A stretch of 34,622 nucleotides of DNA, taken from positions 1-34,622 of the forward strand of contig JAYSUN010000433.1 in NCBI GenBank assembly GCA_043719045.1, written 5' to 3'. This document shows positions 21,510-31,126 of the stretch, one piece after another (within the stretch, counting starts at the first letter, position 1; each line of letters opens with the position of its first letter). The notes below the pieces were generated by a model. The model searched no databases. It was not told the DNA's origin and saw nothing but the letters and a program-made list of their open reading frames with translations. Origin of the DNA: Hyphomicrobiaceae bacterium. Its GTDB lineage: Bacteria > Pseudomonadota > Alphaproteobacteria > Rhizobiales > Hyphomicrobiaceae. The position numbers and the translations under genes are program-made.

Positions 21510-23102
21510 TCACTTCTTCACGTCGATGTCGACAATCGTCTGGCCCTGTAGACGCGTGCCGCGGATCACGTTGGGAACGGTGACACGTGCCTCACTGTAG
21601 GCAAAACTCTGCACCGGCTGATAGATCGGAGCGAACACGAACTGCGAGAGCACATACTCATGATAGGTTTTGAAGTTGGCGACCCGTTCGTCCCAGGTGC
21701 GCGAGCCTTTCATGGCCTTCAGGTTCAATTCCTCAGCCTTCGCATCATTCCACATGGAGTGGTTCGGATGGCCGAGGCGCTTGCCGCTGAAGAACCAGTC
21801 GAGGATGTCTGAGTTGCCCCAGGAATAGCTCCGCACCGCCAACTGATGTTCGGTCTTCTTCCGGTACTGCGCCGTGATTGTGGCTGCGTCGAAGATGGTG
21901 ATGTCGGCGCCGATGCCGACGGCCTTCAGCTGCGCTTGCACGACTTCAGTAACCCGTTTGAACTCAGTGCCGTTCTGGGTCCATAGCTTGACCTGGAGAG
22001 GCACGCCGCCCTTGGCGCGAACACCGCCCGCGCCGAGCACCCAACCGGCGTCATCGAGAAGTTTCTTTGATCGCGCGGGATCAAAGCTGATGTTGAACTT
22101 TGGATCGATCTTGGATTCCAGCAGCGAGCTGATCAGAAAATTATTGGCAACCGCACCAATGCCGCCAAACAGGTTCTGCAGGATTTCCGGCTGATTGATC
22201 GCAAATGCCGTCGCCTCGCGTACCTTGATATCATCGAACGGCGCGACTGACGTGTTCATCGGCATGTAGAACACTTCGGTGCCAGCAAGCGTGATCACCT
22301 TCATGCCCTTCTCGGCTTGCAGTCGCGGCAGGAAATCGGTGGGCACCGAAAGCAGCATGTCGACGCCGCCGGTCTTGAGTTCGAGAAAGGCGGTCGAATC
22401 CTCGGCGATCTCGCGCAGCGTCAGTTTCTGGATTTTGGCTGGACCCTGGTTCGCTGACAGCTTCGATGCCGAGTTGTAGGCGTCATTCCGGACCAGCACA
22501 GTTTGCTGACCGACGACAAAGCTCTCCAGTTTGAAAGGGCCCGTGCCGACCGCGCCAGTGACTCCGTACTTGTCGCCGAGCGCGTCGAAGGCCTTGGGTG
22601 ACGGAATGCCCATGAACGTCGATGCCATGTTGAACAACATGTTCGGATCGGGGTTCTTCATCACGAACTTCACTGTCAGGTCGTCGACAATCTCGACCTT
22701 CTCGATGGCATCCGTCATGAAAGCATTCTCGGTCCCTTTGAACTTCGGTACCCACCACTCAATGGTCTTGGCGTTGAAGGGCTCACCGTCGTGAAACTTC
22801 ACGTTCGGGCGCAGCTTGAACGTCCACGACATGCCGTCGGGTGAAGACTCCCACGAAGTCGCAAGCTGGCCATGGAAGCTCTGGTCCGCGTCTTGGATGA
22901 CCATGCGGTCATAGATGAAGGTATTGCCAGCGTTGAGGCGTGTGGCCTTGATCGGGTTATAGCTCGGCGCCCCAACTTCGCGTGCCGACAGCACGAACGT
23001 TGCCTCCTGGGCGACCGCCGCGGTCGGAACACCAGCAGTCAGAATGGCGGCCGACAGGATCGCCGATCTGGTTAGACGTGTCGCCTTTGGTAGATGACGC
23101 AT
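21510..23102 (-). CDS. ABC transporter substrate-binding protein, family 5 (peptide/opine/nickel)
   Basis: Signal peptide ...AILTAGVPTAAVAQE. Size is 530 aa with SBP_bac_5-like content (WTFKLRPNVKFHDGEPFNA). Confidence 0.9.
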   Translation of the reverse strand: MRHLPKATRLTRSAILSAAILTAGVPTAAVAQEATFVLSAREVGAPSYNPIKATRLNAGNTFIYDRMVIQDADQSFHGQLATSWESSPDGMSWTFKLRPNVKFHDGEPFNAKTIEWWVPKFKGTENAFMTDAIEKVEIVDDLTVKFVMKNPDPNMLFNMASTFMGIPSPKAFDALGDKYGVTGAVGTGPFKLESFVVGQQTVLVRNDAYNSASKLSANQGPAKIQKLTLREIAEDSTAFLELKTGGVDMLLSVPTDFLPRLQAEKGMKVITLAGTEVFYMPMNTSVAPFDDIKVREATAFAINQPEILQNLFGGIGAVANNFLISSLLESKIDPKFNISFDPARSKKLLDDAGWVLGAGGVRAKGGVPLQVKLWTQNGTEFKRVTEVVQAQLKAVGIGADITIFDAATITAQYRKKTEHQLAVRSYSWGNSDILDWFFSGKRLGHPNHSMWNDAKAEELNLKAMKGSRTWDERVANFKTYHEYVLSQFVFAPIYQPVQSFAYSEARVTVPNVIRGTRLQGQTIVDIDVKK

Positions 23103-23142
23103 ATTTGCAACCCTTTTTCTATTTCCTGGTCAGGCACTGGAC

Positions 23143-24033
23143 TTAAGACCCGTTTCCCGCAGCCGGGCCGGCAGCGTCGCCGACGTAACCCGTGAAACGG
23201 CTGTAAAGTCGTGCAACCTCGTCCATACGTGCCTCGACCGCAGGGCCGAGTTCCATGAAGACGCCGTTGACGAGAAGATTAGCGAGGCTCGCCATTTGCG
23301 CGGTCGAGTCCCAGAACAGATTGAATTCGGTCGGCACGACAAACGTTTCGCTGGCGAGATCGCGGCCCCAGTCGCAGAAGGCGTCGGTGATCAAAGTCGT
23401 CGGAACGCCGTTTCGCTGAGCGTCTTGCGCCAGCAGTTTGGCCATGCGCGAGTAGCGTCGTGCCTCGAAAATGACGAGGCAGTTATCCTTGCCACCTGAC
23501 AGCAACAATTCGGCGAAGTTGCCGCTGGCGAGATCGAGCAGATGGACTTGGTCACGCAGATACTGCAGCTGGTTAACGAAAATCTGCGCCATGCCGCGCT
23601 CAGTCTGGAACCCGGTCACATACACGGCCTGCTTGCGCGCCAAGCGTTTGACGACACGTTTCCATGCCGGCGTCTGCGCCAATTCGTAGATGGCGACGAG
23701 AGCGGCGATCTCGAGCTGCAGGCCTTGCGCGAGTTGATCCTCGCCGGCTTGATTGCGCCGTTGAAAATCTCGCAGTCGATCACTGATCAGCCAAGGCCTG
23801 TCGCCGATGTCCTCGCGGAGATGATCCTTGAGGTCCTTGAAGCTCTGATAACCGATGCCGCGGCAAAATCGACCAACTGTCGGCTCGCTGACTTCGACTT
23901 TTGCAGCCACGCTCGCTGCCGTCTCGAATGGAATGCTGTTGAGTTTGGCGAGCATGTAACTCGCGATTGCCTTGTCGGCTCTGGACGCAGACGCCAGACA
24001 CCCCGACAGTCTCTGGCGAACGGAATCGCGCAT
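23143..24033 (-). CDS. MurR/RpiR family transcriptional regulator (HTH_6 plus SIS domain)
   Basis: ...IASYMLAKLNSIPFETAASVAAKVEVSEPTVGRFCRGIGYQSFKDLK is the RpiR HTH. A SIS-like C-terminal half follows. Start set at MRDSVRQRL; the alternative start is 24090. Confidence 0.85.
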   Translation of the reverse strand: MRDSVRQRLSGCLASASRADKAIASYMLAKLNSIPFETAASVAAKVEVSEPTVGRFCRGIGYQSFKDLKDHLREDIGDRPWLISDRLRDFQRRNQAGEDQLAQGLQLEIAALVAIYELAQTPAWKRVVKRLARKQAVYVTGFQTERGMAQIFVNQLQYLRDQVHLLDLASGNFAELLLSGGKDNCLVIFEARRYSRMAKLLAQDAQRNGVPTTLITDAFCDWGRDLASETFVVPTEFNLFWDSTAQMASLANLLVNGVFMELGPAVEARMDEVARLYSRFTGYVGDAAGPAAGNGS

Positions 24034-24193
24034 TCGAAAGGGGCTCCTGAAGCGTTCCCAGATTAAGTTAGAAAACTTGCATACTGTCAAGGGTTGATAA
24101 TTTTATTGCACTGGGCACGGATCCGCGCTCCTGTGCCCAACGGCTGTTGAAGGTGGAAAGACCTCCGGACCAGCCGCCCGAGACAAGGCTGGC

Positions 24194-25318
24194 GTGGAGA
24201 TGCACTTCGACTATCTCGTGATCGGTGCCGGCATTTCCGGTGCCGCCGCGGCTTACGAACTGGCGCCCGCAGGGTCGGTTGCGATGATCGAGGCAGAGGC
24301 TGTGCCTGGCTATCACAGCACGGGCCGGTCAGCCGCGCTCTACACCCGCAATTTCGGCAATCGAACTGTGCAGCGGATCAATCATGCGAGCCACGCCTTC
24401 TTGAGCAATCCTCCAACCGGGTTCTCCGATGGGTCACTGTTGACGCCGCGCGGGTCACTGACGATTGCCGCACCGGGCGAAGAAGCGCGTCTGCTGCCGA
24501 TCCTCGCACTGTCATCCCTCGGGCACGAGGTCGAATTGGTCTCGGCCGCGCGAGCACTTGAGCTTGCACCGATCATGCGACCTCGTCGGGTCGCTGCCGC
24601 CGCCTACGAACGCGGTGTCATGGATATGGATGTCGCGTCCTTGCATCAGGGCTATCTGCGCGCGTTCAAACTCCGGGGCGGACACATTATCTGCGGGCGC
24701 CGGATCGAGCGGTTGGAGCGACGCGACGGGACATGGCATGCGGTGGCAGGCGACGTTTCTCTATCGGCACGCGTCATCATCAACGCAGCCGGCGCTTGGG
24801 CCGGACAGATTGGCGAATTGGCCGGCGCCACCGCCATCGGGCTTGTCGCCAAGCGACGAACCGCAATCCTTATCGATGCGCCCGGCGGTGTCGACCTCGG
24901 GACCATGCCAGCGGTCGACTATGTGACCAGCGACGCTTACTATAAACCGGATGCCGGCCGCATCATGGCATCGCCTGGCGATCAGACCCCGATCGCGCCG
25001 CAGGACGTGCAACCCGAGGACTACGATGTCGCCGTGCTGGCGGACTGGCTGGAGACGGAGACACACATCAAGGTGACACGCATCGAGGCCAGCTGGGCTG
25101 GCTTGCGCTCGTTTGTTTCCGACGACGTCCCGGTTGTCGGCTTCGACGGTTTAGCCGAGGGATTCTTTTGGCTGGCCGGGCAAGGTGGCTACGGAATAAT
25201 GATGGCGCCAGCGCTGGGCCGCGCCGCCCACGGCCTGATCAGCGAGGGATCATTGCCCGCGGACCTGCTCGCGTCAGGTATCAACGCTCACGATCTATCA
25301 CCGAACCGATTGCGGTGA
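24194..25318 (+). CDS. FAD-dependent oxidoreductase (DAO / glycine-D-amino-acid oxidase-like family)
   Basis: FDYLVIGAGISGAAAAYELA is the dinucleotide-binding motif, and length and C-terminus are DAO-family-like. The start is either GTG 24194 or ATG 24200. Confidence 0.8.
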   Translation: MEMHFDYLVIGAGISGAAAAYELAPAGSVAMIEAEAVPGYHSTGRSAALYTRNFGNRTVQRINHASHAFLSNPPTGFSDGSLLTPRGSLTIAAPGEEARLLPILALSSLGHEVELVSAARALELAPIMRPRRVAAAAYERGVMDMDVASLHQGYLRAFKLRGGHIICGRRIERLERRDGTWHAVAGDVSLSARVIINAAGAWAGQIGELAGATAIGLVAKRRTAILIDAPGGVDLGTMPAVDYVTSDAYYKPDAGRIMASPGDQTPIAPQDVQPEDYDVAVLADWLETETHIKVTRIEASWAGLRSFVSDDVPVVGFDGLAEGFFWLAGQGGYGIMMAPALGRAAHGLISEGSLPADLLASGINAHDLSPNRLR

Positions 25319-25502
25319 CCGACAGCGTTCGTCTCAACCAAGTGCGCTTTCCACATGATGTGGCTCATGACTGACCACAGTCAGTGTCAGCGTGACACCC
25401 AATCGCGACCGTCGCAATGTAGAGCCGGTGTCCGCGGCCAGTGTTGAACAGGCGAAGATTGCGTCTATGGTACGGCTCACAATTCGATCAGGAGCGACGT
25501 CC

Positions 25503-26312
25503 ATGTCCGCACAGTCTGAAAAAGCCAAAGCCTTCGCGGCCATGCACGTGGCCAAAGGTGGTTTCATCCTGCCCAACCCATGGGATCGTGGCTCCTCGCG
25601 CATCATGGCGCACCACGGGTTCCAAGCGCTTGCAACCTCAAGCGCGGCGTTTGCCAACACGCTGGGTCGAGCCGACTATCAAGTGACTCGCGATGAGGCG
25701 ATGGCGCATTGCCGCGATATCGTGGCCGCAACCGACCTACCGGTCACCGCTGACTTGGAACGCTGCTTTGCCGATAAGCCCGAAGGTGTTGCTGAAACGA
25801 TCCTGTTGGCGTCAGAGACGGGCATCGTCGGGTGCTCGGTCGAGGACGCAACCGGCAATCCGGACGAGCCCTTGTATCCATTCGAGATGGCGGTTGAACG
25901 GGTTCGCCTTGCGGTGAAGGCGGCCGAGCGTGTCGGCTTTCCGTTTTTGATCACCGCACGGACGGAAGCTCTGCTGGTTGGCATCAAGGATATGGATGAA
26001 ATCATTCGGCGACTGAAGGCTTTTGATAAGGCGGGCGCGCACGTGCTTTATGCCACGGGCGTGACCTCCCTCGATCAAGCGAAGCAGATTGTGGACGCCG
26101 TGCATAAGCCGGTCAACGTCATGGCGATGAAAATGCTGTCGGCGCCGGAGCTGATTGCTGCCGGGGTCAAACGCGTGAGTTTGGGCCCATGGTTCGCCCG
26201 TGCGGCCGTACAGGGGCTATTAGACGCGATTGGCGAAGTTAAGGCCAAGGGCACGTTTACGTTTGCCAGCAAAACCCCAACCGGCGCCGACATCGCAAGG
26301 ATGTTGAAATAG
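25503..26312 (+). CDS. Isocitrate lyase / PEP mutase superfamily protein (2-methylisocitrate lyase-like)
   Basis: Start at MSAQSEKAKAF, with AGGAG upstream. FILPNPWDRGSSRIMAHHGFQALATSSAAFA and DLPVTADLERCF resemble the PEPM/ICL-fold pattern (P..WD..SA......GF.A...S). Confidence 0.75.
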   Translation: MSAQSEKAKAFAAMHVAKGGFILPNPWDRGSSRIMAHHGFQALATSSAAFANTLGRADYQVTRDEAMAHCRDIVAATDLPVTADLERCFADKPEGVAETILLASETGIVGCSVEDATGNPDEPLYPFEMAVERVRLAVKAAERVGFPFLITARTEALLVGIKDMDEIIRRLKAFDKAGAHVLYATGVTSLDQAKQIVDAVHKPVNVMAMKMLSAPELIAAGVKRVSLGPWFARAAVQGLLDAIGEVKAKGTFTFASKTPTGADIARMLK

Positions 26313-26492
26313 CCACAGTTGCTGAAACCGTCCCAGCAACCACGGAGCATCCCGGATTTGAAATGTTCGGTCCGCGACATCGGGCCCCAGCAAGCCAGCG
26401 ATTGCGACGTTGCAGATTTTGATACTGCGACGCGGCGTTGAAACACAATTGCGTGCCTATTTTTCATGACGTCGCCTGATTTTTAGGCGAAG

Positions 26493-26532
26493 TCACGCCT
26501 TGCGCTCCAACAAGAGGCGTGATGTTTTGTGT
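26493..26532 (+). terminator. Candidate intrinsic terminator between the enzyme genes and the ABC importer genes
   Basis: An 8-bp stem TCACGCCT (26493-26500) / AGGCGTGA (26515-26522) is followed by TGTTTTGTGT. Confidence 0.4.
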
Positions 26533-26596
26533 ACTGGTCTCGGATGCCAAGAGAACAGACCGAGCCTGATCTCGCCACCCCAAGGAAACGCTCAAA

Positions 26597-28249
26597 ATGT
26601 TGACACCGACTCGCCAGCTGCTTGGACTTTCAACCGCTGTTGCAGCCTTGCTATCGACGGCGCCAATTGCGCTGGCTCAGGAAAAAGTGCTGCGCATTGC
26701 CATGACGGCCGCGGACATCCCGAAAACCAGTGGCCAGCCCGACCAGGGGTTCGAGGGCAATCGCTTCACCGGTATTCCGCTGTTCGACGCCTTGACGCAC
26801 TTCGACTTGTCGTCCGCCGATAAGCCGAGCACGCTGATCCCTGGCTTGGCCACGGAGTGGAAGGTCAACGACGCCGACAAAACCAAGTGGACATTCAAAC
26901 TGCGCCCCGGCGTGAAATTCCATGATGGATCGGCACTCACCGCCGCCGCCATTGTCTGGAACGTGCAGAAGGTCCTCGACAAAGACGCACCGCACTTTGC
27001 GCCCGACCAGATCGGAGTGACCGTCTCCCGGATGCCGACGCTGGCTTCGGCGAAGGCCATTGACGATCTGACCGTCGAACTCACCACCAAAGAGCCGGAC
27101 AGCTTCCTGCCGCTCAATCTGACCAACCTGTTCATCGCTTCGCCCGCGCATTGGCAAGCCAAATATGATGGCCTCGCCGCAGTCGCCGACAAGGCCGAAC
27201 GCGCCAAGCAAGCTTGGGGCCTGTTCGCCGCCGACGCATCGGGCTCGGGCCCGTTCAAAATGTCAAAATTCCAACCGCGTGAACGCGTCGAATACGTCGC
27301 CAACAAAGCCTATTGGGATCCGAAGCGTACGACGAAGCTCGATCGCGTCGTCCTCGTGCCGATGCCGGAAGCCAACGCGCGCACTGCGGCTCTGCTGTCC
27401 GGCCAGGTCGACTGGATCGAGAACCCAGCACCAGATGCCGTCAAGAGCATCAAGGACAAGGGCTTCGTCATCACCACAAATGCCCAACCACACGTGTGGC
27501 CGTGGCAGTTCTCAATGGTCGAAGGGTCGCCGTGGGCCGACAAACGTGTGCGTCATGCAGCCAACCTGTGCATCAACCGCGAGGAGCTCAAAGGCGCCCT
27601 CAACGGCCTCATGGAAGTTCCGAAAGGCACCGTGCCGCCAGGTCATCCCTGGTGGGGCAATCCGAAGTTCGAGATCAAGTATGATCTCGCTGCCGCGAAG
27701 AAGTTGATGGAGGAAGCTGGCTTCAGTGCTTCAAAGCGCCTGAAGGTCAAGACGCTGACCTCCGCATCAGGCTCCGGCCAGATGCAGCCGATCGCCATGA
27801 ACGAGTATCTGCAGCAGGCGCTGAAGGAGTGCTACTTCGACGTCGAACTCGATGTTGTCGAATGGAACGCGCTGTTCACCAACTGGCGCGCGGGCGCAAA
27901 AGATCCGACCTCGCGCGGGGCGCATGCCACCAACGTGACCTATGCGGCCATGGACCCATTCTTCGCGATGGTCCGCTTCTCGTCGTCGAAGACGCTGCCG
28001 CCGGTGTCGAACAACTGGGGCTACTATACGAGCCCGGAACTCGACGCGCTGATCACGACCGCACGCACGTCGTTTGCCGACGCGGAACGTGACGCAGGCC
28101 TCGCCAAGCTGCATGCCAAGATCGTCGAGGATGCACCGTTCCTGTGGGTCGCCCACGACGTTGGTCCACGTGCCATGAGCTCCAAGATCAAAGGCTTCGT
28201 TCAGCCGAAGAGCTGGTTCGTCGATCTAGCACCGGTGAGCATGGAGTAA
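26597..28249 (+). CDS. ABC transporter substrate-binding protein, family 5 (peptide/opine/nickel)
   Basis: Signal peptide LLGLSTAVAALLSTAPIALAQE. WTFKLRPGVKFHDGSALTA is the SBP_bac_5 pattern. Size is 550 aa. Confidence 0.9.
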   Translation: MLTPTRQLLGLSTAVAALLSTAPIALAQEKVLRIAMTAADIPKTSGQPDQGFEGNRFTGIPLFDALTHFDLSSADKPSTLIPGLATEWKVNDADKTKWTFKLRPGVKFHDGSALTAAAIVWNVQKVLDKDAPHFAPDQIGVTVSRMPTLASAKAIDDLTVELTTKEPDSFLPLNLTNLFIASPAHWQAKYDGLAAVADKAERAKQAWGLFAADASGSGPFKMSKFQPRERVEYVANKAYWDPKRTTKLDRVVLVPMPEANARTAALLSGQVDWIENPAPDAVKSIKDKGFVITTNAQPHVWPWQFSMVEGSPWADKRVRHAANLCINREELKGALNGLMEVPKGTVPPGHPWWGNPKFEIKYDLAAAKKLMEEAGFSASKRLKVKTLTSASGSGQMQPIAMNEYLQQALKECYFDVELDVVEWNALFTNWRAGAKDPTSRGAHATNVTYAAMDPFFAMVRFSSSKTLPPVSNNWGYYTSPELDALITTARTSFADAERDAGLAKLHAKIVEDAPFLWVAHDVGPRAMSSKIKGFVQPKSWFVDLAPVSME

Positions 28250-28262
28250 GCTGAAGCCTCCT

Positions 28263-28308
28263 GGCCGCCCGCGCGTATGTCTCAAAGTGCGCGAGCGGCC
28301 TTTTTTTT
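28263..28308 (+). terminator. Intrinsic terminator/attenuator immediately after the SBP gene
   Basis: A 12-bp stem GGCCGCCCGCGC (28263-28274) / GCGCGAGCGGCC (28289-28300) has one mismatch. A run of eight T follows at 28301-28308. Confidence 0.8.
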
Positions 28309-28389
28309 GGACGCGTCGCACGTGCGCCGAACCTGTTTGTGCGGCGGTGATGATCGCCACTTTGGGCGCACGCATGGTCGCAGAAATCA

Positions 28390-29343
28390 ATGCTCATCTA
28401 CATCGCCAAACGCATCGTCTACACGCTGCCCATCATGTTGGGCGTGGCGTTTGTGTGCTTTCTGCTGGTGCACATGGCACCGGGTGATCCCTTGGTGTCG
28501 GTGTTGCCACCGGACGCCTCGGAGAGCCTGAAGCTGCAGTTGATGGCTCTCTACGGCTTTGACCGACCGTACTACGAGCAGTTCTTCAAATGGCTGGGTC
28601 GCGCCTTGACCGGCGATCTTGGCTCATCAATCCGCACCAATCGACCAGTGGTGCTCGAAGTCGCCAAAGCCGTCAACAATACCTTGATGCTGGCCGCGCT
28701 CGCGACCACCATTGGTTTTGTGCTGGGAGGTTTTTTTGGCTTTGTCGCTGGATACTTCCGCGACACATGGCTCGACAAACTGGCGTCCTTTGTTTCAGTT
28801 ATCGGCGTATCCGTCCCACATTATTGGTTGGGGATGGTGCTGGTCATCATCTTTGCCGCCACTCTCGGCTGGTTACCCCCGACCGGCGCAGGACCGGGCG
28901 GATCGGAAGCCTGGAAATGGAACTGGGAACACGTGCGCCACATGATCCTGCCCGCCATCACGATGTCATTCATTCCAATGGGGATCATCGCCCGGACTGT
29001 GCGGGCGCTGGTCGCTGAAATCCTCAGCCAGGAATTTATTGCCGGCCTGCGCGCGAAGGGGCTGACGGATTTCGGGGTCTTCCGTCACGTGGTCAAGAAT
29101 GCGGCCCCGACGGCGCTTGCGGTCATGGGCATCCAACTCGGCTATCTGCTCGGCGGCTCGATCCTGATTGAAACTGTCTTCTCATGGCCGGGCACGGGCC
29201 TGTTGCTCAACGATGCGATCTTCCAGCGTGACCTCCCCGTCCTGCAGGGAACGATTCTGGTGTTGTCGATCTTCTTCGTGCTCCTCAACCTCGCCGTCGA
29301 CGTCATGCAGACGGCGCTCGATCCGCGCATTCAAAGAGCGTAG
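28390..29343 (+). CDS. ABC transporter permease (DppB/OppB type)
   Basis: MLIYIAKRIVYTLPIMLGVAFVCFLLVHMAPGDP is a typical N-terminus, followed by a six-TM profile. Confidence 0.9.
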   Translation: MLIYIAKRIVYTLPIMLGVAFVCFLLVHMAPGDPLVSVLPPDASESLKLQLMALYGFDRPYYEQFFKWLGRALTGDLGSSIRTNRPVVLEVAKAVNNTLMLAALATTIGFVLGGFFGFVAGYFRDTWLDKLASFVSVIGVSVPHYWLGMVLVIIFAATLGWLPPTGAGPGGSEAWKWNWEHVRHMILPAITMSFIPMGIIARTVRALVAEILSQEFIAGLRAKGLTDFGVFRHVVKNAAPTALAVMGIQLGYLLGGSILIETVFSWPGTGLLLNDAIFQRDLPVLQGTILVLSIFFVLLNLAVDVMQTALDPRIQRA

Positions 29344-29397
29344 AGAGACGGGTCGTCTGTGCCGACAAGGACGAGAAACCATCGAGACGTTCCTGCC

Positions 29398-29814
29398 ATG
29401 ACCAATACAATTCAAAATCAACTCGATCGACTGGAGCAGATGTCGTTGCCCTACGGTGCGCGGTCGGCCGGCCGTGTCGAAGACCTGAAAGCCGCGTTTC
29501 AATCCGACTATGGCGCAGAGCCCTCCACCGCGACGTTCGCGGCCTTGCTGAATGTCTGCGAAGCAGTTCCGACGCGGGAGTATACCTCGCTCACGTTGAC
29601 GCCGGATGGCGGCTGGTATGTTGAGTGGCAGCTGGAAGACAAGAGCCGGCTCGCTATTGAGTTCTGTGACGACGGGGTCGCGCATTTTATTCTTCATCAA
29701 CGCAATCCTCGGCACCCCAGTAAAACTGTTGTCATGTCCGGTTCAACAACGTCCGATGCACTGGTCCAGACCACCATAAATCCTCTGGCTCCTTGGATGA
29801 GGCGAGCGGCATGA
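29398..29814 (+). CDS. Hypothetical protein, first gene of the two-gene cassette inside the ABC operon
   Basis: ORF with ATG at 29398 (alternative GTG at 29359). I recognise no domain. A/T-ending codons are visibly enriched compared with the flanking permease genes. Its stop overlaps the start of the next ORF (ATGA at 29811-29814). Confidence 0.6.
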   Translation: MTNTIQNQLDRLEQMSLPYGARSAGRVEDLKAAFQSDYGAEPSTATFAALLNVCEAVPTREYTSLTLTPDGGWYVEWQLEDKSRLAIEFCDDGVAHFILHQRNPRHPSKTVVMSGSTTSDALVQTTINPLAPWMRRAA

Positions 29815-30251
29815 AGGGCGATGCTATTCCGGATCAAGATCACGTGACGCGTTTGTGTGGAGGCTCGCATCTGCGCGAAGATGGCACGATTGCGCCAACG
29901 GCGCTTTGCCTGCGCCAAGGTGAGATCTACCTTTCAGTCAATTGGCTTGAGTGCCTTGAGCTTCCAAGCCGCGATTTACAGGTTGCCGAGGTGGGCCGTG
30001 TCCTCGCCGGCAAACGATCATTCGGGTCGATGGCGAAGCTTGCTGTTTTGAATGTCGGCGATATCCACACAGCGCATGTGGTTGTCGGCAATGCCTTCAC
30101 CGCTCTTGAGGTTCGCCACGAGCCAGAAATTGAGCCGCCCGATGTGTCGCACAGTGGCATTCACGGCATCAGAACGATCGATCTCTTGTTGCATGACCAC
30201 TTAGCAAAGATCGTCCTAGACGCATTACCTGCAAAGCCTGCACTGTCATGA
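29811..30251 (+). CDS. Hypothetical protein, second gene of the two-gene cassette inside the ABC operon
   Basis: Start set at MKGDAIPDQDHVTRLC. It has ATGA overlaps with both the upstream ORF and the downstream permease gene (30248-30251). I recognise no domain. Notable motifs are DHVTRLC, YLSVNWLE and DVSHSGIHGI. Confidence 0.6.
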   Translation: MKGDAIPDQDHVTRLCGGSHLREDGTIAPTALCLRQGEIYLSVNWLECLELPSRDLQVAEVGRVLAGKRSFGSMAKLAVLNVGDIHTAHVVVGNAFTALEVRHEPEIEPPDVSHSGIHGIRTIDLLLHDHLAKIVLDALPAKPALS

Positions 30252-31126
30252 GCTTGATGATCACCACCCTCGAACCCGTGCAACGGTCGCCGAGTTATTC
30301 GGCGACCGTCTGGCGGCGCTTCAAACGCGACCCGCTGGCGATTGCGGCGGGTATCGTCGTTCTTTTGCTGATCCTGATGGCGATCTTTGCGCCGTACATC
30401 GCCCTTCAGGATCCGTACAAAGGGATGGCGTTGCGGCGCCTTCGGCCACCTGGCTCAGATGGATATCCACTCGGCACAGATGAACTCGGGCGCGACATGC
30501 TCACACGGCTGATCTACGGCGCGCGGTTGTCACTGTTTATGGGTATCACGCCGGTGATCCTGGCACTGATTGGTGGCGCCACCATCGGCATCACCGCCGG
30601 CTATGCAGGTGGTTGGGTCAACACGATTCTGATGCGGATTGTCGATGTGTTCTTTGCCTTTCCCTCGGTGCTTCTTGCGATTGCACTCTCGGGCGCGCTC
30701 GGTGCTGGCATCACCAATGGTTTGATCTCGCTGACGGTGGTATTTATTCCGCCCATTGCACGCGTTGCTGAAAGTGTCACAACCAGCGTCCGCACGCGCG
30801 ATTACGTTGAGGCGGCACGCGCGAGTGGCGCTGGCGCCTTTCGCATTGTCCGCACGCAAGTGCTCGGCAATGTCATGGGACCCATCTTTGTCTACGCGAT
30901 GAGCCTCATCGCCGTGTCGATGATCCTCGCGTCGGGATTGTCATTCCTTGGTCTCGGCGTGAAACCGCCAGAGCCCGAGTGGGGCCTCATGCTCAATACC
31001 TTGCGCACCGCCATCTATACGCAACCCCTGCTCTGCGCGCTGCCGGGATTGATGATCTTCCTGACGTCGATCGCTTTTAATCTACTGACCGATGGATTGC
31101 GTTCGGCCATGGACATCAAATCGTGA
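30248..31126 (+). CDS. ABC transporter permease (DppC/OppC type)
   Basis: LGTDELGRDMLTRLIYGARLSL is the DppC motif, with a six-TM profile. Confidence 0.9.
   Translation: MSLMITTLEPVQRSPSYSATVWRRFKRDPLAIAAGIVVLLLILMAIFAPYIALQDPYKGMALRRLRPPGSDGYPLGTDELGRDMLTRLIYGARLSLFMGITPVILALIGGATIGITAGYAGGWVNTILMRIVDVFFAFPSVLLAIALSGALGAGITNGLISLTVVFIPPIARVAESVTTSVRTRDYVEAARASGAGAFRIVRTQVLGNVMGPIFVYAMSLIAVSMILASGLSFLGLGVKPPEPEWGLMLNTLRTAIYTQPLLCALPGLMIFLTSIAFNLLTDGLRSAMDIKS

Noticed and set aside
24034-24193. Short inverted repeat GGGCAC...GTGCCC in the divergent rpiR / oxidoreductase intergenic region, considered as a putative RpiR operator.
   Set aside because: The arms are only 6 bp in a GC-rich context, which is easily a chance occurrence. 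I know of no matching operator consensus to compare it with.
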